Below are positions 1-13,685 of a DNA stretch of 64,000 nucleotides, one piece after another. The position numbers were made by a program, and so were the translations under genes. The notes below the pieces were generated by a model. It worked only from the letters and a program-made list of their open reading frames with translations, ran no database searches and had not been told where the DNA came from. This DNA is from Lingula anatina (taxonomy: Eukaryota; Animalia; Brachiopoda): positions 15,372,587 to 15,436,586 of the forward strand of contig CM120648.1 in assembly GCA_051362555.1 (NCBI GenBank), written 5' to 3'. Within the stretch, counting starts at the first letter, position 1, and each line of letters starts with the position of its first letter.

Positions 1-114
1 ATATCCATTGCCCGCTAGTGCAAATTAATCTATTTCTGTACATAAATAAAAAAAATTATGAATGTGACAAAATAATTAAAGTATAAAGATAACCATGTTG
101 TTATTGACATGCAG

Positions 115-2789
115 GGTCGCCCCAGTGGAGGTCTGACAGAACACAAGATGACGTTTACCAAGAAGTACAAGCACATGAGTAACTTGGAAGATATCGTGCG
201 AGAGGTCAAACCCAGCATCATTATAGGTATGTGGAGTCCGGATACCAGGGCGACAGATTGATTTTTTACAAGATATTCACAGATATGCCTTTAGATAAAT
301 ATACGATCATATTTTTTCTCTGACTTTTTGAAAATTTGTCAATGATATCTGCCACCCTGGTAGAGAGTCGAGTCTGGAGATAATTGAATACACAGAGAAA
401 ATCGTTTGCAGGGGCGTAACCAGACCTTTAAAAATTGTACGCACAGATTTTTAAAATTCCCAGCAAAATGTAGACTAACGCAAGAGATGAAGGACAGCGT
501 AATTACAGCATATGTACCACACATCGCAGCGTAATTTCCATTAACAATAAAATCATCATTTAGTCAGAAATATTCTCGCAATTAAAAAAGTTTCAATATT
601 CTTATTACCCAGAACGGTATATTTATTTAAAAAGAGGCTAGCTTCGCAAATGTGGAACCCCCTTTGAATAATCCTGGATCCACCAACTAACATACGGTTT
701 CATTCACCTTACATGTGGATGCATGGCTCCCAAAAACAACCTATTGTACGTCACGACAGAGCTCTGATACAGCTAAGTTTAATTATTTGTTTGTAAAAAT
801 TGCCCATGTCACCCTGTTAGTTTGGAGGGGTAAGCTGGGTCAAGTCCGTGTCAAAATTCTTTGAAGCTTAATTTGCAGGAAAAATTCTTCCTTTGTTTCT
901 CTAGCTCCTTCTTAAACCTGGTGTCCAGATTTTATCTAGTGCCCCCAGGGTTGCGGGAGCTGCTCTTTGAAAATAACACTCAGGCAAATTTTTACCTGTT
1001 CAATATTCTCAAGAAAGAGGGTACAGAAGAGTTGAGGGCCACTGAACCCTCCAATTAAGAGGTAAAGGAAGTTTCCGTTAGATGGACGATTAAGATAGGA
1101 CTTGTTAAGGTTACAGGCATTGTTTACCTCAGTTTGCAAGACGAGGGGGGGGGGAGGGAGGTCAGAACAATTGTGCCTATACAATTGATACAGAAGATTT
1201 GTACATACAGGTGACTTTATAATAAGCAGATGATTTTCTTTTATATTCCGTGAAAAATACACTAAATTTATATAAAATAATATCATGGTTGGCCAAAAAA
1301 TTGTACGCACAGTGCATCCGTGCGTATGCCTAGTTACGCCCATGGTTTGACTAGAATTGCAATCTTTTTGATTCATTTTATTCGTTACAAAGAGAGAGAG
1401 AGAGAGAGATCGTTCTTAATCTATCCCTGTATTTTCGTGTCCCCCAGGAGCCGCTGCTGTGCCGGGAGCTTTCACGGAACAGATTATTAAAGACATGGCT
1501 TCGTTCAATGAGCGTCCTGTGATATTTGCCCTCAGTAACCCCACAAGTAAAGCCGAGTGCACGGCAGAGCAAGCCTACACCATCACTGAGGTAGGTCAAC
1601 ATTGATGGTAGGTCAACATTAAGTGCAGGTCAATTTTGCAAATAAATCATCATTGGATGCAGAGTAACCTGGTATAGGCAGGTCAATAGTGCATTGTGCT
1701 GGCTCTGAATATTAAACCGACTTCTATATAACAGCGGGCCAGTAGCCAGTAATTTCAAAAGGGGGGGGGGGTGCCTTTTCCTGAATAGGTGGACCTTTCA
1801 TCATGAAACTGCCGTGTACCTAGATAAATTTTTACCCAGAGGAAAACCTTTTCCAACAAAAAGGGGAGTTCTTTCGAACTCCTCGAATCCCTCTGGCTAC
1901 GGGCCTGTAACATGATTAACATTTGGCTCCACTGTATTTCCTAGGGTCGCTGTATATTTGCCAGCGGCAGTCCATTCCAGCCAGTGACAGTGAATGGCAA
2001 GACCCACCACCCTGGCCAGGGAAACAACGCCTACATCTTCCCCGGGGTAGGACTGGCGGCCATCTTGTGTGGAATCAGGCACATCACTGAAGATGTATTC
2101 CTTGCCACAGCAAAGGTAGGTTCCATTATCATATGTGCGGCAATTTCTGATGGTGCAAGAGGGTGCGGTGTTTGCAAAGCAACTACCAAATTACCCATTT
2201 TCAAAGGTTCATGTTCGTAATTTGGTTGCTGATAAGCACTTAGAAATGGAAATATAATGGCACTTTTTTCACCAGTTGTACAATGACACATAGGTGCTGA
2301 CGTAATCGAATTTTCGTTTTCCAGTTACAGTTTCAATTAAAATTTCGAGTTAGGTTTGCCAGATATACCAACACTAAATCAGGATTAAAAAAGGCGAGTG
2401 TCGCACATAGATGTAGCACATTGCTGTCTGATGAAACACATTTTGGTCAACATTGCACAGCACATTGCTGTCTTATACTACCGAACAACTATCGCAACAT
2501 GATATCGCAATTATCACAATATAGTATTGACCTTGCGGTTACTTTGCAGGCTTTAGCCAAAATGGTCCAGCAGGAAGACCTGGACAGTGGCCGAGTCTAT
2601 CCACCTCTCACCAAGATCAGGGACGTGTCAGCCAGTATAGCCGTGGAGATCGCCAAGTACGCCTACAAACACAACATGGCGGCCCACTACCCTGAGCCTG
2701 TCGACAAGGACGACTTTATACGCTCCCAGATGTACAGCACTGACTACTCCAGCTTTGTCCCGGACAGGTGGAGCTGGCCCAAACTTTAG
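115..2789 (+). CDS. ME1: NAD(P)-dependent malic enzyme, 3' part (last 4 coding exons; 5' end lies upstream of the window)
   Basis: Exons 115-226, 1448-1590, 1945-2115 and 2550-2789 have AG/GT boundaries and compatible phases. The joined protein reads [11 protein letters not shown]...[63 protein letters not shown]...[13 protein letters not shown]/...GRVYPPL...WSWPKL*, carrying the hallmark malic enzyme motifs (FALSNPT, GQGNNxYIFPG). The ME1 versus ME3 type cannot be decided without the N-terminus. Confidence 0.95.
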
Positions 2790-3459
2790 ACGTTAGTTTG
2801 TTTCTTGGGGGCAGCACGTGGACATTGGGGATAGTTTCGCAGAATTGAGGGTACATACTGCATCAGCAGCTGTTCGCAAATTGTCAGTTTTTCTAGTCGT
2901 GGTGAGGAAGCCGAATGTTACCATGATTTCAAATTATCAACCAAGTCTGAATTACCGGGTCGGTTTTTTTTACTGGAACTTTGTATAACCTCTAAAAAAT
3001 CACCAGTCTATGCATATTTTATTACGCTCACAACAATATTTGATATTTCTTTGAAACATCTTTTTGTCAGCTTGCTGTAATGATGGATGTTATAATGTCT
3101 AAATTATGGAAAAGAGAAGTAGCCGTCTTTGCCAGGCGAAAAAAACAAGTTATGGCAAATTGGATTTCTTTTCATTTTGATATGTATTTTAATACGCAAA
3201 CTGTGATCTCGAAGACGATAATGATGATGATGATGATGATTTCACGTTTTACCGAGGCGTATTATATACGCATTTACATGGCAACCAATTTACAGTGACA
3301 ACATTGCCAAGTGATAAATTGTGATTTGTAACATTTTAATCAGTGTTTGTTTTTATTTATATTTATTATGAATATTGGACATATACATTTATGGATAAAG
3401 GCCTACAGAGGTCAGTTCAACAGTATGTTTTTATTTTAACGTTTTTCTTTGTTTAAATC

Positions 3460-3465
3460 AATAAA
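3460..3465 (+). terminator. Candidate polyadenylation signal (AATAAA) of the malic enzyme gene
   Basis: AATAAA about 670 nt after the stop codon, in an AT-rich 3' UTR. Confidence 0.45.
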
Positions 3466-4049
3466 TTACAGTACAGTGCAATTTTGGACTCCTCATTTAT
3501 GGTTGTAGATAGTATATCTTTCGCAACATATTTAATGACAACAGGGAATCTGAAGTAACCGGTCTGCCAACTTGTACACTAGAAAGTAACGACCTTCTAA
3601 AGAAATATACAGCATTGAATGTGCTACAGCACATTTTATTGAAATTCAAAGTTAGGAAAAACTTATCATAAAGCCTGACCACAATACACTCCTCACTTTG
3701 GCACCTCTCCGGTGTTATAAACTACGGGTATGGACGTTATTCCTACTTCGATAGGCTGTCCTTGCGGTTGTCACATCAGCGTTATCTGGTTTGATGACGG
3801 CGACCATAACAGGAGACGACTAATAGATTCTGACTGAGATTTCAAATAGGCTGTCAGTCTTTCCAAAAACTGCTGCAGGAGACTAATATTATCTTTCTCT
3901 TGCTCCGATGGCCATTTGACGAATTTTGGTGAGCAATATCGTGGTATTTAATTACTTTTGCATGGCATCAATAGAACGGCGATATCGCTTAATGTCTTCA
4001 AAAATTATGCGAAACTGAAATTTTTTTGTGTCCATTATTTACAGCAGCA

Positions 4050-7000
4050 CTAAGACTGAGCTGCCCGCAAACGGTTTCTATAGTGCTCGCCACCGGAAAG
4101 CCGCCATTTTCTTAGCCACGCCCTTAGATGGCGCCTATAATCTGGCGAGTGACGTTCCCGCTGTCTTTCTAGCAATATACGTTTTCTAACCTCGGGTCGG
4201 TGCCAGCTTGGAGTGCGGTGGCGTATAGGTGGCGCTAGTGTCGGTGTGATATAATATTGTGTCCGCGCTAAGTATGCAACTGGGACGCCAGGAGGCGCAC
4301 GCTGCACATTAGAGGTGTCACTGCCGGGGCGAGTCGCCGCCGACCCCTGTTTTAACCCAGAGTCTGTGTCCGTTTTCCCGTTAGGGCCAGATGGACGATT
4401 TGACACCTGTATGACCGGATTGAAAACAGGGATGTAGTTTTCTTGATTTATCTGGCCCCTCCTACCGGGCCTGTACCGGTGGTGTCTGCCCTCAACTCGC
4501 GGGTCAGGGGTCCGCTGTCTCTGGGGCGGCCGCGTCTGGCGGTAGTACGGTCGCCGCGTGGGGTACGTTCGGCGGGGAGGTGGAGGTCGAGTCGTGGTCG
4601 TGGTGGTCGCGGGAGTGGTGGTCACCGTGGTGTCTTCCTTCCCAACAAATACTTTCCACCACGGTCTGGCGGTGGTGGTTGTAGTGGTGTCGTAGTAATA
4701 TGGCGTTGGAGGCCGCCTCCGGGGAGTTTGTCGTGTTGAAGTGGTCGTAGTTGCCGTGGTGGTGCTGGTTGTCGAGGTTGTTGTTGGTCGTGTGGTCGTT
4801 GTAGGTGTAGTTGTTGTTGTTGTTGTGGTGGTGGTGGAGGTAGTTGTCGGCAATGGTGTGGTAGTTGTCGTCGTCGTGTCATCGTCATCGTCACCTCCAA
4901 AGAACTCCCAGAATCCTCTCTTCTCTCTGTGGACCAGAAACGACTTAGCGTCCTCCGCGCTCTGCTGCAGCCAACTGAACGGAAGGATCACCTCTGAAAA
5001 CATACCGGTAAAATGAAGATATCATTAGGGCTTACGGAAGCTCTTCCCAGGGAGACGGATCTATTAGCTGGGAACAAGAAGGAAGAAAGGAAGGAACTGA
5101 AAGATATATAGAGAATGAAATATAGAGGATTCTGCCGGGATAAGTTACGGTGATTTGATCTTTATGGGTTTTTAAAATGCGGTGCAATAAGGCTTCATTC
5201 ACATGCAATGTCTATTTTCTAAATTCTATTTTCTATTTGCGGTATGTCTTATGATCACGGTCTGTGGCCTGAATATCCCGCGGCTCCCTTGTACGTGCTA
5301 TTGGTCTATCTCTCGCTTTCCGTCTGGAATAGTCTCACATGTACAGGAAAGGCAGTCCTCTAAGGACTGTAGTCTGTTTCCCTTTATTCTGAACAGACGA
5401 TACTCGTCACAAATTCCCACTTTGACACTTTTGATTAACCCTAACCTGTACTAATCAAATGAGTTTTTTAAAGCACTGAAATTGTTTGCATTGCAACGCA
5501 TTTTGCAGCCAAACAAAAACAGAGGCATTCGTTTTGCAACCGCAACGCATTTTGCAACTAGTTTTATTACTAAAGCACTGGAACTGTTTGAAGAACTATA
5601 CATATAAAAGTGTATAAGGATGGGGAACTTATACACCGTGCCCCGAATTTTCTTTTTCAGTTCCACATTTATGGCATGCTTATTAGACATTTATCCCCGT
5701 ACATTTGTGACTAAAGTCCTTCGGCATTACATTGCCATTATAAATGTTGGGGGTGGGGCTGTTCTGGATGTATTTTTCTTTTTTTTTTTCAAGTTATAAT
5801 TTCTGTTATCTCCTTTGGTTGCAAAATACGTTTCTTCAGCAAAATGCATTTTCACGTTTTTATTTTCAAAATGCGACTCTACAAGAAGCACCAAAAAAAA
5901 TCGTTCAATTGCAAATTACGGCTCTAATGTTCCTATAAACCACGAGCACTCATTTCCTATGGTGAAAATTGATTAAAAAATTGAGCATAAATCAAGTGTG
6001 CATAGCTTTCACCATCCCTTAAAAGTCACAACAGTCCTCAACATATTAACATCTGGCTCAAAAATATTTTCCCCGCGTTTACACGTCTGAATTAGGCCAA
6101 TAGTTGATAAATTAGTTGAAAGAATCACCGAGATCATAATATGATATTTTTTATTTAACAAGGAACAAGTTATTAAATGGTGTTACGGACGTTTTTCCTT
6201 TGTGTCGCTTACAGTATATCTATATATATATTGTTTTACTGCCATAAGAGGCTTATCATTTTGAGGGTTAAGGGTAAACAGCCGCTGATCAATGACTGCT
6301 AATTCATAATTATCTCTCTCTGCATTAAACAGGGAGTTAAGCATGCCCTCTCTCTCTTTCTGACATTAAATAATATATTAAAAACTCTGAATCAGCAACA
6401 CTTTCTTCTAGAGACGCCTAGACCCCCCGTTGCTTTATCTGATAAAGGACGAGGACTCCGGTACTTCCACTATATCTGATCTCAGTGGAAAGTCCTTGTT
6501 TAACACCACGTCCAACAGAGCTGGAGTGGGTTCGGGAGTGGTCACTGTCTGGTCAGAAATTTCACTTAATTCTGTACAGGTGTGACAAGGTTTAACTGGC
6601 GGGCAGCGTCCAGATGACTTCTTTTAAGAAGTTAAAGCGTCTGATGCCTGGCCGCCGACGTTTAAATGGCAATAAGATTCACAAGACTCCGAACCTCACA
6701 ATGACTGAGAAATATTATATAAATCGACGATTTTGAGAATGGGCTCCACTATGGAGTTTTGTTTTCTTGTGTTCATTTGAATTTTACTTTTGGAAACGTC
6801 CTGCTTGCACGAGCTCCTTCGATTATGAAGATGCCTTTAACTGTCAGCACGCTTTTCTAGATAATAACTGTGCAAGATAAGAGGCGGTAAAAGCGGTGTA
6901 GTTTGGGTTTCACTTTAGTCAACTTTAAACAAAATATTGGACCTTATCCAAGGAGATGCACGTGGAAAAATATTTGAAAATAGCACTGAACAAACGTCCA

Positions 7001-9237
7001 TATGTCCGAAGATGTTTTTCTGGAAAATAAACAACTCCCTCCTTTAGGGAGCTAAAGTAAAACGTAGTGTGTTGCAAGAGTTAATGTTTCTGCAGCACGT
7101 GGAGTCGTTTTAATCTCGGCACAGGGGAGTTTGTTAAACTATTCCAAGACTATGTTCTTATCGGAAAGGAAGACGGCAAGTTATGATCTGTGTTGAATTA
7201 AACCGAGGACGCTTCAAATGTGTTTAAAATGAAGTTAACAATAAGATGTATTGGTTTTATTTTTACACAGATTAAAATATGTTACGCAGAAAAAAATAAC
7301 AATGTCGTACGTCTTGTATGCATAAAAAGTGAACACTAAGAAATAAAATGTAAGTACTGCATGCCATGTCGGAGAAAGAGAGCATAATAACTAATCTACC
7401 AGCCGTTAACCCAGGTGCATGTGTACGAGTGGAACTAGATGGTTGGGACGGGTGCAGGAATCCAGATACATCGGAAAATTTCTTGTAAATTATTGTTTAT
7501 TCAGAAGTTAAAACTAGACGGTGACTGCTGATGGCAAGGAGTGCAAGTGTGGCGGGTAAATATCTGTCGCACTGAACGAGGGGGAGGGAGGAGGGAAGGC
7601 GGCGGGGGGGAGGGGGGCGTGGATTAAATTAGAAAAAAAAAGGATAAATTGAACCCATCGTGTGTTACAATAATAATAAAAATAATATTCAGAATTATTT
7701 ATAAGGCACATTCACTAAAAAAATACAATTCCCATACAAAGATATTAAAATTTAAAAGATAAGGACTGACACTTAAAAGAACATAATATTGATTTACTTT
7801 CAAAATTGATAAGTTTTTGAGAGTTGACTTGTTTTATGAAATAAATAAAAAACATGCATTTTCCCTTAAAAACACGAGTTTGAAAGGAATCTCCAATTGT
7901 CGTCTTTCTAATAGTCGACGGTGATTCATTTCAAAGCTTTGGAGTATATATCTCAAATGCACAGTTCTACCTCATATAACTATTATTATGTTAAAGCGAG
8001 AGGGAGAGAGAGAGGAAGGAGAAGAAGAGTTAAACAGCATGGTATTACTATGAGGCACTTGTCGTTGCTTACTTCGTGCTTACTTCGGTACAGATGGAGA
8101 AGCGGAGCAAGGGGTGCATTAGTCTGACCTTAGAAGATTATCATATAATATTCCGTGGTCTGACAAATATTTAGTGAGGTGCCCCCCCCCTTGCCGTGGA
8201 CACGACATGGTTGATTGACTTTCGGAAAAAAGCTGTTCGAATACGTGGTTTAATTCGACACATTGCTGCTGCTGGCAACAAACAGCGTTGTGATTTTTTA
8301 AGGTCGATTTTCTTTGTTAATTATTTGTCCTATAGAATTTTCGTCCAGTAAACAAATACATTTAACTTATAAATACTGATACTTGGCGAGTTCCTTGTCA
8401 CATGTAACATTGCCGTAAAGTATCACTATGTGAATCCCACGTATGGCGGAGTTTCACTATACACAGTAATTAATTGAAGGTTCTTCTACTGGTTAAGAAA
8501 TACCCAAACCTTAGATTATTGCATTACACTTCACGAAACGCAGACTGTTTACTTAATATTCACCTTTCAGTATATCCTCTTAAACACCGTTCATGCATGG
8601 ATCAACTTAAACGTTCACACATTTTCATATTTCAATTATTTTTATTACAAAATTAACTTTATGATAATTTGCTCTATAAAATAAGAATAAGTACATGCCC
8701 TATGCACTGGAAAATTCCTGGGTACGTCAAAAGTATTATCTCAAACTAACATTTTTATTTACTTAGAATTATTTGATTTTTTTAAGGTAAGCAGAGCCAA
8801 CCTATGGCGGACTACAATTTTTTAAATCAAAATTAAAACTTGGGACCATGGCGACACATTTTACCGTAGTAAACATTCAATGTGCGTCCCTTTAGGTTAC
8901 ACAATGGCACAGAGGTGACAGCGCATTCATCAAGTGAACCGGAGAATGCTTGACACATTTTAGAAACATTAAAACAGGGCAAGGTTCTGACTTAACATTA
9001 ATTACAGTTCGAATGGGTACTTCTCTGTTGTACTGAAGAATGCTGCGATAAAACCGTTAGGTCAATTATTTCTGTTTCTGGGAACAAAAACAAACTTTTT
9101 ACACGCAGCGTCTTTTCCACAATGTGTGAGGCATTTCGACTTCTCCATGAACAATACTTAAAGTATACCTGACAATGACTTCAGGATGTTATTATCAAAA
9201 CCGTCCGACTGCTTGAAGAAAGACCGAGATCAGAGAC

Positions 9238-9303
<66 letters not shown>

Positions 9304-9317
9304 GGGGGGGGGAGAGA

Positions 9318-9356
<39 letters not shown>

Positions 9357-10936
9357 AGAGAGAAAGAGAGAGACCGAGAGATCGAGAAGGGGGGAGAGAA
9401 AGAGAGACCTAGAGAGGGAGAAAGGGAGAGAGAGACCGAGACAAAAAGAGAGAGGTTGGTCAGCAGTACCATCTGACCACAGTGGGTGACTGTAGTTAAT
9501 TTTTGTTAGAAAATTGAAGAAAAGAATTTTTAAAATCCTGTAAAAGACTTGACGACTGAGACTTCTCTGAAGGTAGGGCGATAGCAGCATTTAACACAGT
9601 GGTGATTTACAAGTGTACTAGTAAGTAATAGAAATGTATACGAGAATAGAACTTTGAGACACTTCAAAAGCGCTGACGTGAGATCAAAATTTTGAGAAAC
9701 AACCGCATTTGTAATGTGTAAACGTAGAAATCCATTCAACCGTAAACGGAGTTTCTTTAAATATTGTACAGCTCAATTCAAGCGTATTTGCCATGTGTTC
9801 CAGTGAAATGTACACTTTTCCAGATAAAACATATGGCTGAGTATATTTCATTTCCTGTGATATTTCAACTCACCTTCGTGGTGTGGCTTTTCCGCGCCTC
9901 CAGTTAGACCGGCTAGTACAACTGAAAAAAAAAAAAAAAAAACACAGAGGTGATTATTGACTGTTAATGAGTGTTTACTTATGAGGTGAACCTTACACAG
10001 TGGGGTAAAAACCCATTTATTAGAGGAAAGACCGCGGCACTGAAAGTGTAGCTTTTCTCAAGACGCGGTGGTAATCAAGGGGACGCACTAGATGGATCCA
10101 TGGGACCCGATCCCATGGGGGATGGGGGTGGGGGCGTTGTGAACCTGTGATTGATAAATGTTTAAACCAGATGAGCGTATGATTTCTGGCGATAATAGAT
10201 AAAAAGAAAATGTATAAAGTCACTGTGCGTCAGATTCCCCCCCCCCCCCCGTGTAAACGAGTCATTTCCCCCCTTATTAGTTGGCACATGGGGTGCTGTA
10301 TAGTAGAAAATCAATGTGACCTAAGATCGAAGTGCAGTTTGTCGTACATCAACGACACCGACCCTCTTATTGATATAAGACAAACACATTGAGGTATTTA
10401 TACACAAGCAAATTAACAATTCAGTCAGGATTACAACAAATATTGGTCTACTTCGCACGTCCTGTCTTGTGATTCACTCGCCACACCTGTGAACGTCTAA
10501 AGAATCGATCAAATATTACTTCTCTGCTCTTTCATCAAATGGTTTGTTCCACCACGCCTTCTCCATTGTCAGTTCATTTTACCTGCTGTTTTATTGTTCT
10601 GTTTTCAAACAACATAACCCGCCTTCAGTTGGTTAAAGTTTGCCGTGTCTACAGCGTTCTACTATACATTATTACGCGTCGTCACGCGCCGATACATACC
10701 GTCATAATGTAAACATAAAACGCCAGATGTACCAGTTGTTGAAAAGTTATATACCAAACAAAACGAATGAAAAAAAAAAAATACCGAAGAGAAACAGTCG
10801 AGGAAAAATCTTAATGTGCCTCAACAAGATGTATGCCCTCCCGGAGAGCCCGAGGCTCGCCCGTTGAGAAAATGGTGAGAAACTTACCTGTAGTTAGAAC
10901 AACAAGCGAGGTGGTTAACGCGGTAAAAGTTGCCAT
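4050..10936 (-). CDS. Secreted Thr-rich/Arg-rich low-complexity proprotein (~346 aa; mucin-like or matrix-protein-like)
   Basis: Exons 10936-10888 (MATFTALTTSLVVLTT, donor GTAAGT), 9921-9874 (VVLAGLTGGAEKPHHE, poly-T/CAG acceptor, donor GTGAGT) and 4993-4050 (TTTTCAG acceptor), both joins phase 1. This gives a hydrophobic signal peptide, a propeptide ending REKR, poly-Thr tracts and a basic C-terminus. The last exon is a long GC-rich open frame. Additional small exons cannot be excluded. Confidence 0.8.
9230..9455. repeat. Compound (GA)n microsatellite
   Basis: Long interrupted GAGAGA tract in intron 2 of the Thr-rich gene; it explains the RERE/LSLS ORFs. Confidence 0.95.
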
Positions 10937-12047
10937 GATCCTCAGGTAAGTCCGTCCACTCTGATGAACGCTGAAGCCGCTGCTAACCTACATGGGGTGA
11001 TCGTAACGTATGACTCTCTCGTGAACTCTGCGGCTGCTTTTTCAAACACGCCAGATTTACTCACGCACTAGTTGAGGGAGCCAAGGGGGGGATAGACAGG
11101 CGATTTGGGGCTCCTCGGCGGATCCGTCTTTGGAGTTTGAAGGTCGATTTACACATTAAAGAAGAATTTTCAAATAAAGCCACCTGTTTATTATAAATCT
11201 GAAAACAATTAACGCGCAGCTTGTCTTGCGTTATGATTTCCTTTTATTACACGGTTTCTGCGCGGTGGTTATCTTTTATGGAAATCGAGTATAAATAACA
11301 ATATTTCAATCTTTATTGCACCCTGTTCCACGTGCGTCACTGGGACAAATGGAACCAAAAATAGTGGCAACTAAAAAACATCATAAACAAGGCGTCTACC
11401 TTTATTTATTTACAAAACATCACACTGAAATAAAAAGAAATATCAATGAATAGCCGCTCTAAGTGGATGCCGTTGGAACCCGGCGTCGTTCATGTTGTAG
11501 CTGTCCTTGTACAAGACGCCTGTAAATCTGGCAGACGATACAAAATCCACTTATGTGTCAGCTGCGGGTGTCATCCTTGGCTTCAAGGTCTCAAGTTTTT
11601 TTTTTGTGATTTTGTATCTTGTAACGGATGTTAGTTTTTTCCGTTGTAGCACTTTGTCCGTTTTATACCACTTTGTTCTGGCGGCTCAGCTATGCCTGGC
11701 TGACAACATTGCTTGTTCTTTATATTCCTATAATTTGTTTTGACAAGAGTTATTCAACTTTACATAAGTTGAAGAGCTAGTTGATTTGAATTGACTGAGG
11801 AGTATTTGATAACTGTCTTTTTTTTTTCAAATGTCCTATTTTTTCCAGTGAACTGCCATCATTGCCAGACCCTTATCCCGAAAAAGAAGAAATTATTAAA
11901 CGAAAAACAAAACTATTGCTAAAACAATTACTTCTCAATCGAGAGGTTGAACTGTGTTATTTCAACACGGTTGCTGAGGGCAGACGGGCATTCGCGCGGA
12001 AAGGGCACGCAACCGAACACAAACCCAAACAAGAATGTTTCCTCAGC

Positions 12048-12081
<34 letters not shown>

Positions 12082-13638
12082 AGTTACAGTAACAGCAGCT
12101 AGGATGTAGTTAAAGCACAGACTGTTCACATCATGCACGAACCTCTCTCTCCCTAGATCGTTATACGACTGGCCAAAAGGGAATGAAATGAAAGAGTTTG
12201 GGGTGAGGCCGGTTCCCCAAAACAGCTCAGACTCCCTGGAAGCCAGATTTATAGTGGAAATGGGGCCAGTATGTGGACATTATTTCTTCGATCATACTTG
12301 GAATATGATGTACTTTTACCAGCTTCGAGTGAGACATGGTGAGACAGCAATTTGTGTATTTCTTTGGCCATTCAATTATTATTCGAAAACATAATAATAT
12401 CAAACGCTATATAACCTGCCCAGTCCGTCACCCCTTACGACAGGCTCTTCGTTATACGTGAAGATTTATGATACGTAAAGAGCATACGTATAAAAAAAAC
12501 TTTAAATCTTGTGCCGCCCAGATACAGTTAAGGGAGTAATGTTCGGTCAGTTTGACTTTCTCTGTCATTATCCACTCAACCCCTCGCCGTCAGTTCTTAC
12601 GTCCATTGAGGCCAGTCACATGGTATATTGAGTATTTTCACCTCCCCTGTTTCCCAACTCCCAACCCTCTATTTTCCATTTCTTCATTCATGCGTTACCA
12701 CGCTTTTATAACCTTAAACTACAGCATGCGGGCTGTCACATTCGTCTTCTTCAAAATTTTCCCGAAAAAAAGTCTACAAAAAACCTCAAATGTTCGATGG
12801 AAAACGGTGGCGCTGCGTTCCTAATCGTTTTATCGTCTGCTCCGTGCGGAAAAGGATTGCCATTTAACTGTGGGAGGACATATCTGAATGAGATGTCCTG
12901 TTGATTATTGCCGACTGTCGCTCGCTTATACAGAGTTTTATTGAGAAACATTTAAATGTAAATATCTAACTTTAATAGAGGGACAGAAATGCAATAAAAG
13001 CACCAGATACGGCTTTTCCAACAGTTACTGGAGCCGACTGGATCAGGCGTGTACCACAGTGGTCACAGGTCTCGAGGGTTGCCATGGAGATGAGGGACAA
13101 TGTCACCCACGAAATCACTCTGTCCCAAAGACAGGTCATTGCTTCGGTCCCAAACTGGGCCCATGTAAAGGAAGAACATATCTCATGGGATTGCTGTTAT
13201 TTGTCAATTAATAAAAGTCTACGATAAACCAGCCTACTCGCTTCACCAGGAAGCTTCCTGCAGACGTAAATCTTTGGCAGTTTGGAGGTAAAACCAATTC
13301 AAAATTAAACCTCTGTTCCAACCTCTGTTCAAACTCCTAAGCTGGAGTTATTTGGAGGAGTTTTTAAATAAGTTTGTATGAACTCTACTTCCCAAGGAGG
13401 CATGAAGACGTTCTTCTGCTACTTTAGTCAATAAAGTGAAAGAGAAGAAGACAGAATGTCAGTAGCAAGCCTTTCATGACAGTTAAATATATTGGGAAAG
13501 CCGACCTTTGACGCGATACGAAGTGCATTTAAACTTTTCCTAGAGGCAAAGATTGGCCTTTTACTATCGATAGAGGTCTACCGCACTGCCCCAATAGTTC
13601 ACAGTGAATGTGAGCGGTCAATCCAGGCCACTCTGAGT

Positions 13639-13685
<47 letters not shown>

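Noticed and set aside
4443-5016. Poly-Val and other overlapping ORFs (4443-4739, 4622-4900, 4741-5016)
   Set aside because: Antisense or alternative-frame shadows of the Thr-codon (ACN) tracts of the real exon.
9186-9590. RERE/LSLS ORFs here and at 13492, 30473-30929, 51421 and 53949
   Set aside because: Translations of (GA)n/(CA)n microsatellites.
10935-10951. + strand ATGATCCTCAG|GTAAGT overlapping the Thr-rich gene start codon
   Set aside because: A perfect donor, but no compatible downstream exon was found, and one such 9-mer in 64 kb can arise by chance.
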